A program made the position numbers and the translations under genes. The notes below the pieces were generated by a model that saw only the letters and a program-made list of their open reading frames with translations, did no database searches and was not told the DNA's origin. Positions 1 to 9,326 of a DNA stretch of 64,000 nucleotides are shown here, piece by piece; position 1 is the stretch's first letter, and every line of letters starts with the position of its first letter. Origin of the DNA: an uncultured Bacteroidota bacterium (GTDB lineage: Bacteria > Bacteroidota > Bacteroidia > Bacteroidales > GCA-2748055); the NCBI GenBank assembly GCA_963793455.1, contig CAWCAK010000008.1, forward strand, positions 100,752 through 164,751. Direction: 5' to 3'.

Positions 1-1
1 A

Positions 2-187
2 CAACCGCACCTCTGGACTGAAGAGATTTTCTACAAGATCCGGCAACTGACAGACCAGGGAGGGATCCTGGTAACATATTCTGCAAAAGGCAGCGTTCGC
101 AGGGCTTTGGTTTCCTGCGGTTTTCATGTTGAGAAAGTGCCCGGACCCCCTGGAAAACGGGAGATGATAAGGGCGACCAGAAGATAA
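2..187 (+). CDS. C-terminal fragment (gene starts upstream of window) of an MnmC/MnmD-like SAM-dependent tRNA methyltransferase
   Basis: Frame is open from the window edge: QPHLWTEEIFYKIRQLTDQGGILVTYSAKGSVRRALVSCGFHVEKVPGPPGKREMIRATRR, stop TAA 185-187. The YSAKG.VRRAL..GF.VEK.PGPPGKREM tail is the pattern I recall for this methyltransferase family. Confidence 0.5.
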   Translation, partial: QPHLWTEEIFYKIRQLTDQGGILVTYSAKGSVRRALVSCGFHVEKVPGPPGKREMIRATRR

Positions 188-245
188 TTGTGCAGTCTCC
201 GGTATTTCTTATATCTTCGCGTCATTATTTTCTAAAAAAAATCAA

Positions 246-982
246 ATGAATAACAAACAGATCATCACATTGATAGTGGTTGGGGTTGCCGCTCTGGCTG
301 CAGGCTATTTCATCGGTTCCACCATGAATGGCGTTAAATCGGAAAACCGGATTTCACTGACCAACCAATCAGATTCCCTGAACTATTTCCTCGGACTGAA
401 TATGGGGTACAGCCTTGGACAGGCTCCCTGGGATGTGGATGCCGGACTGATCACCTCCGGAATCACACAGGTAGTGGACGATTCATCTGCTTTTGACCAG
501 ATGACTGCCGATGCCATTGTTCAGGCAGCTGAATATGGCCCTGTCAGAGCAGGAAAAGATAAAGTCTGAGGCTGAGGCGATTGACAATCTTGAAAAGTGG
601 AGCAGCCTTCCTCGAGGAGAATGGAAAACGGGAAGGTGTGATCACCACTGAAACCGGGCTGCAGTACGAGGTCATCACATTAGGTGACGGACCTATGCCC
701 GAAGAAACTACAACCGTAACAGTTCATTATGAAGGTACCCTTATTGACGGGGAGGTGTTTGACAGCAGTTATGAAGATGGAGAGCCCATCTCATTTGCCC
801 TGAACGGGGTCATTGCCGGCTGGACTGAAGGACTTCAACTGATGCCTGTTGGATCAACCTATAAATTCTATATTCCTTCGAACCTGGGTTACGGACCAAG
901 GAGCACAGGCCCGATTCCCGGGAATTCTGTCCTGATTTTCAAAGTAGAATTGATTGATATAGAACAACCTGCAGCTGAGTAA
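246..982 (+). pseudogene. FKBP-type peptidyl-prolyl cis-trans isomerase (Mip/FklB-like), reading frame broken twice
   Basis: ORF 246-569 gives the TM/signal plus a Mip-like N-terminal region. ORF 581-982 gives the FKBP domain (GLQYEVI, VHYEGTLIDGEVFDSS, GVIAGWTEGLQLMPVGS, LIFKVELI). The linker LSEQEKIKSEAEAIDNLEK is readable only in the third frame between about 525 and 597, so there are two 1-nt frame changes (real or sequencing error). Confidence 0.85.
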
Positions 983-1039
983 CCTGCTGCCGCACAGTAC
1001 AGTCTTTCCACCGGGAAGCAACTACAAACTCGTTTAACA

Positions 1040-1077
1040 AAAACGGCTGTCCGTCAACGCGAACAGCCGTTTTTTTG
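1040..1077 (+). terminator. Rho-independent terminator after the FKBP gene
   Basis: Stem ACGGCTGT (1043-1050) pairs with ACAGCCGT (1063-1070), followed by a T6 run. Confidence 0.75.
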
Positions 1078-1197
1078 TCCATAGGACGGAATTGTGGCTT
1101 TTCTTCAATAAACAATCTTCAAACGCGCCAGAGCATTTTCTTCAAGAAATACTTACTTTTGGCACTGTTATTTACCCTCATTGCAAAAGAACAAACT

Positions 1198-1611
1198 ATG
1201 AGCTTCGAAATAAGCGGACGGCTGGCAGAGAAATTTGAAACACAAAAGGTTTCGGACCGTTTCCAGAAACGTGAATTTGTCCTGGAAGTTAAATCGGCAG
1301 GGACCACTGGTTATGAGTTTGTGGATTTCATCAAATTCCAGTCAACCCAGGATAAATGCTCCCTTCTGGACCAATTTAATGTGGACGACACGGTCAAAGT
1401 CTCTTTCAACCTGAGAGGACGAAAATGGGAACGGGACGGCCAGGTTTCCTACTTCACAAACCTTGAAGCATGGCGTATCGAAAAGGTACAGGGTGAGACT
1501 TCTGAGTCTCCCATTGAATCTCCCGGGCAGGATGGTTTTACTGATCAGGAAGCACCCTTTCCAACTCCACCGCCTGTAGATGATTCCGGAGTTGATGATC
1601 TGCCTTTTTGA
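1198..1611 (+). CDS. DUF3127 domain protein with SSB-like acidic C-terminal tip
   Basis: Start MSFEISGRLAEKFETQKVSDRFQKREFVLE...FNLRGRKWERDGQVSYFTNLEAWRIEKV matches the DUF3127 pattern I recall. A Pro/acidic tail ends in DDLPF. The upstream part of track ORF 1075-1611 looks non-coding, so I chose the ATG at 1198. Confidence 0.7.
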   Translation: MSFEISGRLAEKFETQKVSDRFQKREFVLEVKSAGTTGYEFVDFIKFQSTQDKCSLLDQFNVDDTVKVSFNLRGRKWERDGQVSYFTNLEAWRIEKVQGETSESPIESPGQDGFTDQEAPFPTPPPVDDSGVDDLPF

Positions 1612-1673
1612 AAACTTGAAAACAATAACAAACCCCTAATAAAAAGCAGGCAGAAACATCAAACCGGTAACCT

Positions 1674-2543
1674 CTAGTTTTCCTTCCTTCTCATTGAAAG
1701 GATGCTTTCTGTTACACCGGATTGATAATGTTTCGGTGTAACCATCTGCACCGGAATTGAGAACTCAATGGTTGTACCATTAAACGAACTGTCTCTCACC
1801 ACGATTTCTCCTTTCATGGCTTCCACAAGTCCCCTGGCCAATTTATAACCCAATCCGATCGTATCGGAAGTATTGTACCAGTCCTCTTCTCTATCACTCG
1901 TTTCAAAGATCTTCCTGGCTCTCTCCTGTAGCAGCATGCTGCTGCTGTCCTTGATGAAAAAAACCAGTGTATTTTTATCGGCAAACGATGCGCCAAATTC
2001 TACGACACCTTTCTCGGTCTGGTTCAGGGCATTCTCAAGCAGGCAGCTTAATGCTCGTGACAGGCGCTGCTTATCAGTGAGAATCTTCGCCTTCTTAAAT
2101 GCATCTCTGACATTTAACAGAAGTGCGATCCTGTCCCTGTTTACCCTGTATCTGTCTGTATTATAATGGTCGTACAGTTCCTTCATCATCGGATATACAT
2201 CCAACTCTTCTTCCTTCAACTGCAGCGAACCGGTTTCGATCAGGGTAAGATCGATCAGGTTGTCCATCATGTTTAAGAGCGAATTGCTGTTCCTTGTGAT
2301 GTGGTTGATGTATGCATCCCTTTGATCTCCGTCCACATCCTCGTCTCCCAGCAGGTGGGAGAATCCAATAATGGCGTTCATGGGGGTCCTGATCTCGTGC
2401 GAAATATTGGAAAGGAACCTGGTCTTTACCCTTGTTCCATCGCTCTGGAATTGTCTCAGGGTATCCTCCAGCCAGGCAACTTTTGCTTCAAGTTGCTTGT
2501 TATACGCCAATAGTTCGTTATATTCAGGTTCGTCACTCATCAC
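1674..2543 (-). CDS. Soluble histidine kinase-like protein (coiled coil + HisKA + degenerate HATPase_c)
   Basis: H-box SNISHEIRTPMNAIIGFSHLL, N-box LLENALNQTEKG, G2-like GLGYKLARGL. The G1 box is degenerate (IKDSSSM instead of DxGxG). Confidence 0.8.
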   Translation of the reverse strand: MMSDEPEYNELLAYNKQLEAKVAWLEDTLRQFQSDGTRVKTRFLSNISHEIRTPMNAIIGFSHLLGDEDVDGDQRDAYINHITRNSNSLLNMMDNLIDLTLIETGSLQLKEEELDVYPMMKELYDHYNTDRYRVNRDRIALLLNVRDAFKKAKILTDKQRLSRALSCLLENALNQTEKGVVEFGASFADKNTLVFFIKDSSSMLLQERARKIFETSDREEDWYNTSDTIGLGYKLARGLVEAMKGEIVVRDSSFNGTTIEFSIPVQMVTPKHYQSGVTESILSMRRKEN

Positions 2544-2617
2544 CCGGTTTTCAGCAATATATCAATCGTTTAAAAAAAACCAACCCACGCCGGGATGGTT
2601 CAATAATGCATCCCTAT

Positions 2618-3373
2618 CTATCGCTTCATCCTCTTCAGGATCTTCTCAGCATCCCCTTGATAGAAGTGATTTGCTGAAGAAGCAATCATGGCCAGCTGCC
2701 TTCTCGCACGCTCTGTCTCATCCATAGCCAGCAGGCAACCTGCCAGGTAATACTCAGCCTTCTGAATGAACAGGTTATCGCTGTGCTCGATCACTTTTGT
2801 GAAGGACTCACTTGCATCAACATACTTGCTGAGCCGCAAATTGGAGACACCTACACCAAAGTCTGCTTCAACTTTCTCACTATTCTTTTCAAGTACTTCG
2901 TTGTACCAGAAAACAGCATCTTCAAAATCACCCTTAAGATAAGCTACCTCCGCATTGTTCATGGTTACCTTAATCACATCGTCTTCCATTGAACGGTTGG
3001 TAAGAACCAGTTCATAAGGCTTCATGTACTTCACAAAGAGGTCACTATTGGATAAGGGTCGTCCAAGTACCGTTGCCAGTCCAATAGCTACAAGCAGCGC
3101 CAATGCTGCTGATGCTGCATAATGCCATGGCCTGGTAAACCGAAAAACCTTTCTTCCGGTCTCAGAGCGTCGTGTTTCTTCCCGCAGGTCAGTCAACTGG
3201 GCCCGGAAATCCAACACATCAGTGTCGGCAATGGCTTCATCAACCTCTTTATAGAGGTCCAGATCCACCAGCAATTCCGGACTGGCATTGAGCTCCTGCT
3301 CAAACCTGGATAACTCTCTCTCAGAGAGATCATTGTCCAGGTACTTTTGTAAAATGTGCCTGTCGCGTTTCAT
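2618..3373 (-). CDS. Single-pass membrane protein with C-terminal TPR-like repeats, possible anti-sigma-like factor
   Basis: Start chosen at MKRDRHILQKYLDNDLSERELSRFEQEL (ATG 3373). One TM (AASAALALLVAIGLATVLG). TPR-like helices (AEVAYLKGDFEDAVFWYNEVL, AEYYLAGCLLAMDE). The function is a guess from architecture. Confidence 0.45.
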   Translation of the reverse strand: MKRDRHILQKYLDNDLSERELSRFEQELNASPELLVDLDLYKEVDEAIADTDVLDFRAQLTDLREETRRSETGRKVFRFTRPWHYAASAALALLVAIGLATVLGRPLSNSDLFVKYMKPYELVLTNRSMEDDVIKVTMNNAEVAYLKGDFEDAVFWYNEVLEKNSEKVEADFGVGVSNLRLSKYVDASESFTKVIEHSDNLFIQKAEYYLAGCLLAMDETERARRQLAMIASSANHFYQGDAEKILKRMKR

Positions 3374-4009
3374 ATCATTAAATTTAAATTGGTTACAAGG
3401 ATTCAGGATCATCCTGCTACACCAAATGCGGCTTTGCAGTTTTCCACCTGTATTCCCTGGCACTTGCATGCACGCTTGCATGCTACCCAGAGTGTGCGTA
3501 CATAAAAGAACGCTTAACTTTCAGAACTTCCGTTTCCGGTTGTCCCTCCCATGTCGTCGTCAGGATCTATTCTACCCCAACCAACTTCACGGATCAATAT
3601 CTTTTGCGGTCTTCGACCGTCTTAAAGTCAAATCTATCTTCCCTTGGAAGTCGAATTATTTCCTCGGAGGGTTCAGAACGTCTGCATCCAGGATCATCCT
3701 AGTAATTCCACCTTTTAAGAAATTAGTTCTTTTTCCTGGATCTTGTCTTTTGCGAATGATTCGAAATTTACAGTTTTCATGGCTTTTCAATTAGGGGTTA
3801 AACATCTGTTTGTTGTTTGTTTTCAACTGTTAATTCCCAAATACCTTCAAACGTTACCCAAAAAAATGAAAAAAAATCATGGAATAAATTTATCAACTTA
3901 CTATATATAATTGTTTATCAATTTTACAAATCATTAAAAAAATACATTAATTTTCAAAATATTTGCTTGCATGTTCCAATATATTCTTTCATTTACTGAT
4001 TAATATTTA

Positions 4010-5562
4010 AGAAGAAAATTCGATGTAATTATCAGATTCCTTTTTGTTGTTTGTTGTTTACTCGAGCAATAGAATTTTCAATCGCCCAAGAAGATTCTGA
4101 TGAGGATCCCGAACTTCGGGACGCTGATCTATGAGTATGGAGTACAAGGGGTAGGACAATGTTAATGTACAACCTCAATCTTGATACAGCTGAGTATTAT
4201 TTGAAAGAAGCCTTAGCTTACAGTAGCTCAAGTTATGATGAATTAGATGAGAGAGTTGCTAGCAACCACTATATACTTAGCTTCAGTTTACAGACGAATA
4301 TACAACAATAATAAAGCTTTGTATCATTTAAACAAAGCTGAAGTATATTAAATGAATATGATCCAAACATATTCTATTTGGTAGCATATATAACAATAAG
4401 GGAAATATTAATAAGATCAACTATGATATGTATCGGACCAAAGAGTACTATGAATATGCCCTTGATTGGTTAATTAAAAACGGTTATCCAGAACACTAAC
4501 AATTTCTCTCACATATACTCCAACTATATCAAATTCTGTTTGAATTAGATGAATATGATCTTGCGGAGGAACAATTATCTAATGGTCGATATAAATATCA
4601 CTAAAAGTTAGTCCGAACACCGAGTTCCGATTTTATATCACAAATGCTACGACATATTCAAATCTCGGAAAATTTGAGTTAGCAGAATATAATTTTAATA
4701 AAGCGCATGAAGTACTGGAAAATGAGTTGAAAGATGAGATAAATTCAAGTTCAATTACATATTATAACAACATCATTGATTTCAATATTCTGTATGAGGA
4801 CTATGAACAAGCTATGTCAAATTGTGAAAGGCCTTGTGTTCTTAGAATCGTTAGATCCCAATTCTATTAAGAATAAGACAATTCACCAAGCTGACATTCT
4901 TTACCGTATCGCTACAATCTAATGCACCGACAAGGGAATATGTAAAGCGCTCTTGACAATGCAAATCAGGGATAAAGAACTTGAATGATTTTTTCAATCG
5001 ATTATCCTTTTATGATGATAATTCTTATGTTCGATTTGAATATACCTCAGTCTTACCTCATACTATATATACTTAAAAGTCAGGTTGCTATTAGACAAGT
5101 ATTAACAATCTAATAACATAGAAGCATTAACAGAATTCATATGATTCATATCAACTATCTATTCGATTCTTAAACTCATTAAAGCTTTCAATGCAAAATG
5201 AGAATAGTAAGTTTTTTGCTACAGCCGCAATCCTTGAAGTATACAACGAAGCCATATGTGTGGGGAAGTTGTTGTATGAGATGACGGGTGAGATGGAGTA
5301 CCTGGAGAAGTCGTTTGAGTTTACGGAGAGCAGCAAATCGTTTGCGTTTTTAGCGAGATCAAGGATGTGGAGGCCATGGAGTTTTCGGATCTTCCGGCCA
5401 ATGTGAGGGAAAAGGAGCAGCGGCTCATCGGGGAGATCCAGGGATACGAGGAGATGCTCTATGAGGAACAGCTTGCAGCGGATCCCGACAGCAGCCAGAT
5501 TGCCTTTCTTAAGGACAAGCTGTTTCAGCTGAAGGATGACTACGGGGACCTGATGCAGGAGA
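4010..5562 (+). pseudogene. Degraded N-terminal TPR-repeat portion of the TPR-CHAT gene
   Basis: TPR-like peptides are readable only in short pieces that switch frame and hit stops. Examples: LMYNLNLDTAEYYLKEALAY, ASVYRRIYNNNKALYHLNKAEVY, YDMYRTKEYYEYALDWLIKNGYPE, ITYYNNIIDFNILYEDYEQAMSNCE. From 5191 the frames are longer (SKFFATAAILEVYNEAICVGKLLYEMTGEMEYLEKSFEFTESSKS, then EAMEFSDLPANVREKEQRLIGEIQ) with shifts near 5370 and 5635. Confidence 0.65.
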
Positions 5563-6840
5563 TTGAGCATAACAATGCCAAGTATTTTGAGTTCAAGTAC
5601 AATCCGAAATTTGTTTCCCTCAAGGAGGTGCAGGAACAAGCTTCCTTACAAGGATGCACTGATCGAGTATGTGATGACCGATACAATGCTTATCACATAT
5701 GTGATCGATAAGAAAGGGATCAATGTGTTCTCCCAGGAGATTGAGCCTGAGTTCACAAACGAGTGCATCGAGTATTATCAGCTCCTCAATACGCAGAATT
5801 TCAGCAACGGGGTACATGACAACTACAGGAGGTTTGTTACACTGGGCAGGAAGTTTTACAGCATCTTGATCGAACCGTGCCTTGAATATACCGACCGGAA
5901 GAACTTCACGATCATCCCTGATGGTGCTATTACCTACCTTCCGTTTGAAGGTTTTATCACTGATGAGGCCGATACAGAATATATCAATTACCTCACCCTC
6001 CCCTACCTGATCAGGGATTTCTCGGTGGGATACTCCCACTCCTCCACCCTGATGTTTAGTGAACGGCTGAAATCCAAATCACCCGAGAACAAGGTTCTTG
6101 CATTTGCCCCGCTCTATGAAAATCCATATTTCGACAGGGATAGTGTATCTGTCAGGCAGGTGATGTCCGAATCGGAGTTGCTCCTCCCGTTGGGAGGTAT
6201 TATAAAGGAGGTACAAAGCATCAATGAGACGGTGCCCGCAAGGGTGTTCATGAATGAAGAGGCCACGGAGGCAAACTTCAAAAAGTACGCCCCCGACTAC
6301 AATGTGCTTCACCTGGCCATGCATACCATTATGAAGGACGATAATCCGCTGAATTCATTGCTGGCCTTCACCAATGTTAAAACCACTGATTCCACTGAGG
6401 ATAACAGGTTATATGCCTACGAGATTTATAACCTCAAGCTGAATGCTCAGATGGCTGTTCTGAGCTCCTGCAGCAGCGGTTTCGGAAGGATGCATAAGGG
6501 GGAAGGAATGATGAGCCTGGCAAGGGGTTTTATCTACGCGGGCTGCCCATCCATTGTGATGACCCTGTGGCAGGTGTCTGACAAGTCCAGTTCGGACCTG
6601 ATGACCTCCTTTTACAAATACCTGAAGAAGGGCAAGAGTAAGCAGGAGGCCATGCGTCTTTCCAAGATCGACTACCTGGACCGTGCCGATGACCTTACAT
6701 CCAATCCCTATTTCTGGTCAGGTTTTGTGGTTTTGGGGGACAGCAGCCCCATTTACAGGAAATCAGGAATGGTATACTGGATCGGGATCATTATCCTGTT
6801 TATCGGCATCCTGGTATTTTTCCAGTACAAGAAATCCTGA
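5563..6840 (+). CDS. CHAT (caspase-like) protease domain with C-terminal TM anchor; largest intact ORF of the TPR-CHAT gene
   Basis: CHAT hallmarks LHLAMHT (His) and LSSCSSGFG (Cys), then SLARGFIYAGCPSIVMTLWQVSD and NPYFWSGFVVLGD. C-terminal TM WIGIIILFIGILVFF. True coding enters this frame near 5635. Confidence 0.8.
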   Translation: MSITMPSILSSSTIRNLFPSRRCRNKLPYKDALIEYVMTDTMLITYVIDKKGINVFSQEIEPEFTNECIEYYQLLNTQNFSNGVHDNYRRFVTLGRKFYSILIEPCLEYTDRKNFTIIPDGAITYLPFEGFITDEADTEYINYLTLPYLIRDFSVGYSHSSTLMFSERLKSKSPENKVLAFAPLYENPYFDRDSVSVRQVMSESELLLPLGGIIKEVQSINETVPARVFMNEEATEANFKKYAPDYNVLHLAMHTIMKDDNPLNSLLAFTNVKTTDSTEDNRLYAYEIYNLKLNAQMAVLSSCSSGFGRMHKGEGMMSLARGFIYAGCPSIVMTLWQVSDKSSSDLMTSFYKYLKKGKSKQEAMRLSKIDYLDRADDLTSNPYFWSGFVVLGDSSPIYRKSGMVYWIGIIILFIGILVFFQYKKS

Positions 6841-6900
6841 TTAGATGAAGTTCGGATCGTTGACAGCCAGGTCATACCTTCGGGAACCTGAAGGCTTTAA

Positions 6901-7665
6901 TTACACACCCGATAACAGCCCCCCGTCCACGTAGAGCATATGCCCGTTTACGTAACTGCTTGCATCGGAGGAAAGAAACAGCAATGCACCAATCAGCTCT
7001 TCGGGATTGCCCCACCGGTTACTGGGCGTGCGGCCGCATAACCAGGCATCAAATTCAGGATTTTCATAAAGCGGTTTAGTCAACTCCGTTTTAAAGTAAC
7101 CCGGCCCGATCCCGTTTACCTGGATGTTGTATTTGGCCCAATCGATGGCCATCCCCTGGGTCAACAGTTTCAGGCCTCCCTTGGAAGCTGTATAGGGTGC
7201 GATGGTTGGCCTCCCGAGTTTCGACTGCACAGATCCAATGTTTATAATCTTCCCCGATTTGCGTTTGATCATGGACTGCACCACTGCTTTTGCCACAATA
7301 TAGGGACCGGTAAGGTTGATCCCTATCACCTTGTTCCAGTCTTCCTCTTTGAATTCATCCAGGGGTGCCCTTATGGTGATCCCGGCGTTGTTCACCAGGA
7401 TATCGATGGAACCAATCTCCTCCTCAATCCGGGTCACCGCATCGTTTACCTGCTCACTGCTGGTCACATCAAATACATACCCATGAGCCAGGAATCCTTC
7501 ATCCCGGATCTCCTTCACTTTGCGGTCAAGCTTCTCCCTGTTCCGGCCATTCAGAATGACAGTTGCTCCATGCTTCGCCAATCCCCTGGCAAAAGCATTA
7601 CCAAGTGCACCTGTGGATCCGGTAATAAGTGAAATTTTCCCTTCTACGTCAAATATATTTTTCAC
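6901..7665 (-). CDS. Short-chain dehydrogenase/reductase, gluconate 5-dehydrogenase-like
   Basis: TGSTGALG (TGxxxGxG), NNAG, YTASKGG (YxxxK). The tail PEFDAWLCGRTPSNRWGNPEEL is typical of the Gno/IdnO subgroup. Confidence 0.8.
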   Translation of the reverse strand: MKNIFDVEGKISLITGSTGALGNAFARGLAKHGATVILNGRNREKLDRKVKEIRDEGFLAHGYVFDVTSSEQVNDAVTRIEEEIGSIDILVNNAGITIRAPLDEFKEEDWNKVIGINLTGPYIVAKAVVQSMIKRKSGKIINIGSVQSKLGRPTIAPYTASKGGLKLLTQGMAIDWAKYNIQVNGIGPGYFKTELTKPLYENPEFDAWLCGRTPSNRWGNPEELIGALLFLSSDASSYVNGHMLYVDGGLLSGV

Positions 7666-7699
7666 TATATTTATTATTGGTTAACCAAATATAACGAGG

Positions 7700-8119
7700 A
7701 TGGCTCCAAAAACCATTAAAGCCCTTGTATTCCTTACCCTGTTGATCCACGGAATCGGACATTTCCAGGGTGTTCTCGGAAGCCTGGGAGTAAATATTAA
7801 TAAATCGGGGTTTATAAAATCCTGGTTGTTAAAAGGACTGGGTGAAAGCCTCAACCGGTCTGTTTGCCTGGTTCTTCACCTGGCGACTTTCATCATAGGC
7901 ATTCTCACCGCCTTGAGTATCAAAGGAATAATATTGCCCGTTGATACCTGGCAGATCCTTGCCCTGGTAACAGCCTTCTTATCAACTGTCTGCCTGGTAT
8001 TGTTCCCCAGGGCCCTGGCCATGTTCTTCAATAAGGCAGGTGCCATCGCGGTAAACCTGATCATCTATTATTCCATTCTTTTCGATGGACAATGGCCTTC
8101 GGCTGTTTTTGAAGACTAG
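7700..8119 (+). CDS. Hypothetical membrane protein (4 predicted TM helices)
   Basis: 139-aa ORF with four hydrophobic stretches and no recognisable family. Confidence 0.5.
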   Translation: MAPKTIKALVFLTLLIHGIGHFQGVLGSLGVNINKSGFIKSWLLKGLGESLNRSVCLVLHLATFIIGILTALSIKGIILPVDTWQILALVTAFLSTVCLVLFPRALAMFFNKAGAIAVNLIIYYSILFDGQWPSAVFED

Positions 8120-8143
8120 TACCCGACAACTGCCACCCCAACA

Positions 8144-9268
8144 ATGAAACTTGCTGTAAAGATCATCCTGCAAATCCTGAAGTGGATCCTGATCCTGCTC
8201 ATTGTTCTTTTCTCCGTTGCCACCCTGATGGGGAGGTCCTATCTGCAGACCGGTCTCCTCTGGTTGCTGGTGGCCACACTGGTATGGTGGCCAGGAGTCA
8301 TCTGTGAAAGATGGAGCAGGGGCGTATCAGTCTCATCCAGGCTGGTTCTCATCGCAGTGCTCTTATCCGTGAGCTTTACGGCTTTCAAACCGGATCCGAA
8401 AAGCAGCATCTATCTTTCTGATAAGCTTCAGGAAGAACTCATGAAGATCTATGATGAAAAAGTATCTGACTGGCCTTCGGACACAGAAGATATCTACATC
8501 GAAACAGCATATGGGAAGGTCCATGTGCTGGCGTGTGGCCGGGTTGACAATCCTCCCCTGGTGATGATCCATGCAGCCTCCTTGGGGGCGCATTCGTGGG
8601 CTGAAAACCTGGAGCCCCTGCAGGATCATTTCAGGATATTCTCCATCGATAACATCGGTGAAGGCAATAAAAGCGTATTGAGTGATGCCCTGGTATACCC
8701 CAATAACCAGCAGGAGATCGCCGGCCACCTGGCACTTATCCTGGATGAGCTGGGTGTGGAAAGCGCACCATTATTCGGGGCCTCCAATGGCGGATTTGTG
8801 GCGTCATGTTTTGCATTCCATTACCCCGAACGGGTCGAATCCCTCTCCCTGTTCGGACCCATGGGCCTTACACAGCTCACCGGCGGCAGCATCATGATGC
8901 TGTCGGCTGCCACCATGTACCCGTTCCAGTTTGTCAGGGACAGGGTGACCATGTGGGCCATCGGGGAAGATCCCTATGTGCTGGAGAAATACGGGGACTG
9001 GTTCAACTGCATCATGAAAGGGACCATCCCGTCAGTGGCACAACCTGTTCCAATGACCACTGCACAGAAAGCGGACATGCAGATGCCAGTTCTGCTCTTC
9101 CTCGGGACCAAGGACCGGATCGTGGGGGATGCTGAATCGGCCAGGTTTACAGCCGAAGAATACCCGCATATCCGCATCGAAGTGTTAGAATCTGGACACC
9201 TGATTGCGGTGGAGCAAGCAGCCTATGTGAACAGGGTGGTGAAGGAATTCCTGGAATTGCACCGGTAA
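8144..9268 (+). CDS. Alpha/beta-fold hydrolase with N-terminal membrane anchor
   Basis: Three N-terminal TM segments, oxyanion-type MIHAASLG, nucleophile elbow GASNGG, C-terminal ESGHL. Confidence 0.75.
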   Translation: MKLAVKIILQILKWILILLIVLFSVATLMGRSYLQTGLLWLLVATLVWWPGVICERWSRGVSVSSRLVLIAVLLSVSFTAFKPDPKSSIYLSDKLQEELMKIYDEKVSDWPSDTEDIYIETAYGKVHVLACGRVDNPPLVMIHAASLGAHSWAENLEPLQDHFRIFSIDNIGEGNKSVLSDALVYPNNQQEIAGHLALILDELGVESAPLFGASNGGFVASCFAFHYPERVESLSLFGPMGLTQLTGGSIMMLSAATMYPFQFVRDRVTMWAIGEDPYVLEKYGDWFNCIMKGTIPSVAQPVPMTTAQKADMQMPVLLFLGTKDRIVGDAESARFTAEEYPHIRIEVLESGHLIAVEQAAYVNRVVKEFLELHR

Positions 9269-9326
9269 CTGTAAAACCATTCTGTTTTCGTAACTTTCAT
9301 TATTCTAAGGAAATATCACCGGTTTC

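Noticed and set aside
3402-3704. CAGGATCATCCT as a specific operator or recombination site
   Set aside because: The same 12-15-mer also occurs inside the fecR coding sequence (11931-11945), and a variant occurs at 33001-33010. It is probably a chance or codon-driven word.
3480-3790. Degenerate ECF sigma gene upstream of the anti-sigma-like TPR gene
   Set aside because: Only vague region-4-like strings (ILIREVGWG, EVLKVKRSFMYA) appear, in different frames over less than 100 codons. This is not enough to support a call.
3800-5150. CRISPR array or other regular repeat array in the ORF-poor AT-rich block
   Set aside because: There are no evenly spaced direct repeats. The sequence translates piecewise into TPR-like peptides, so it is decayed coding DNA.
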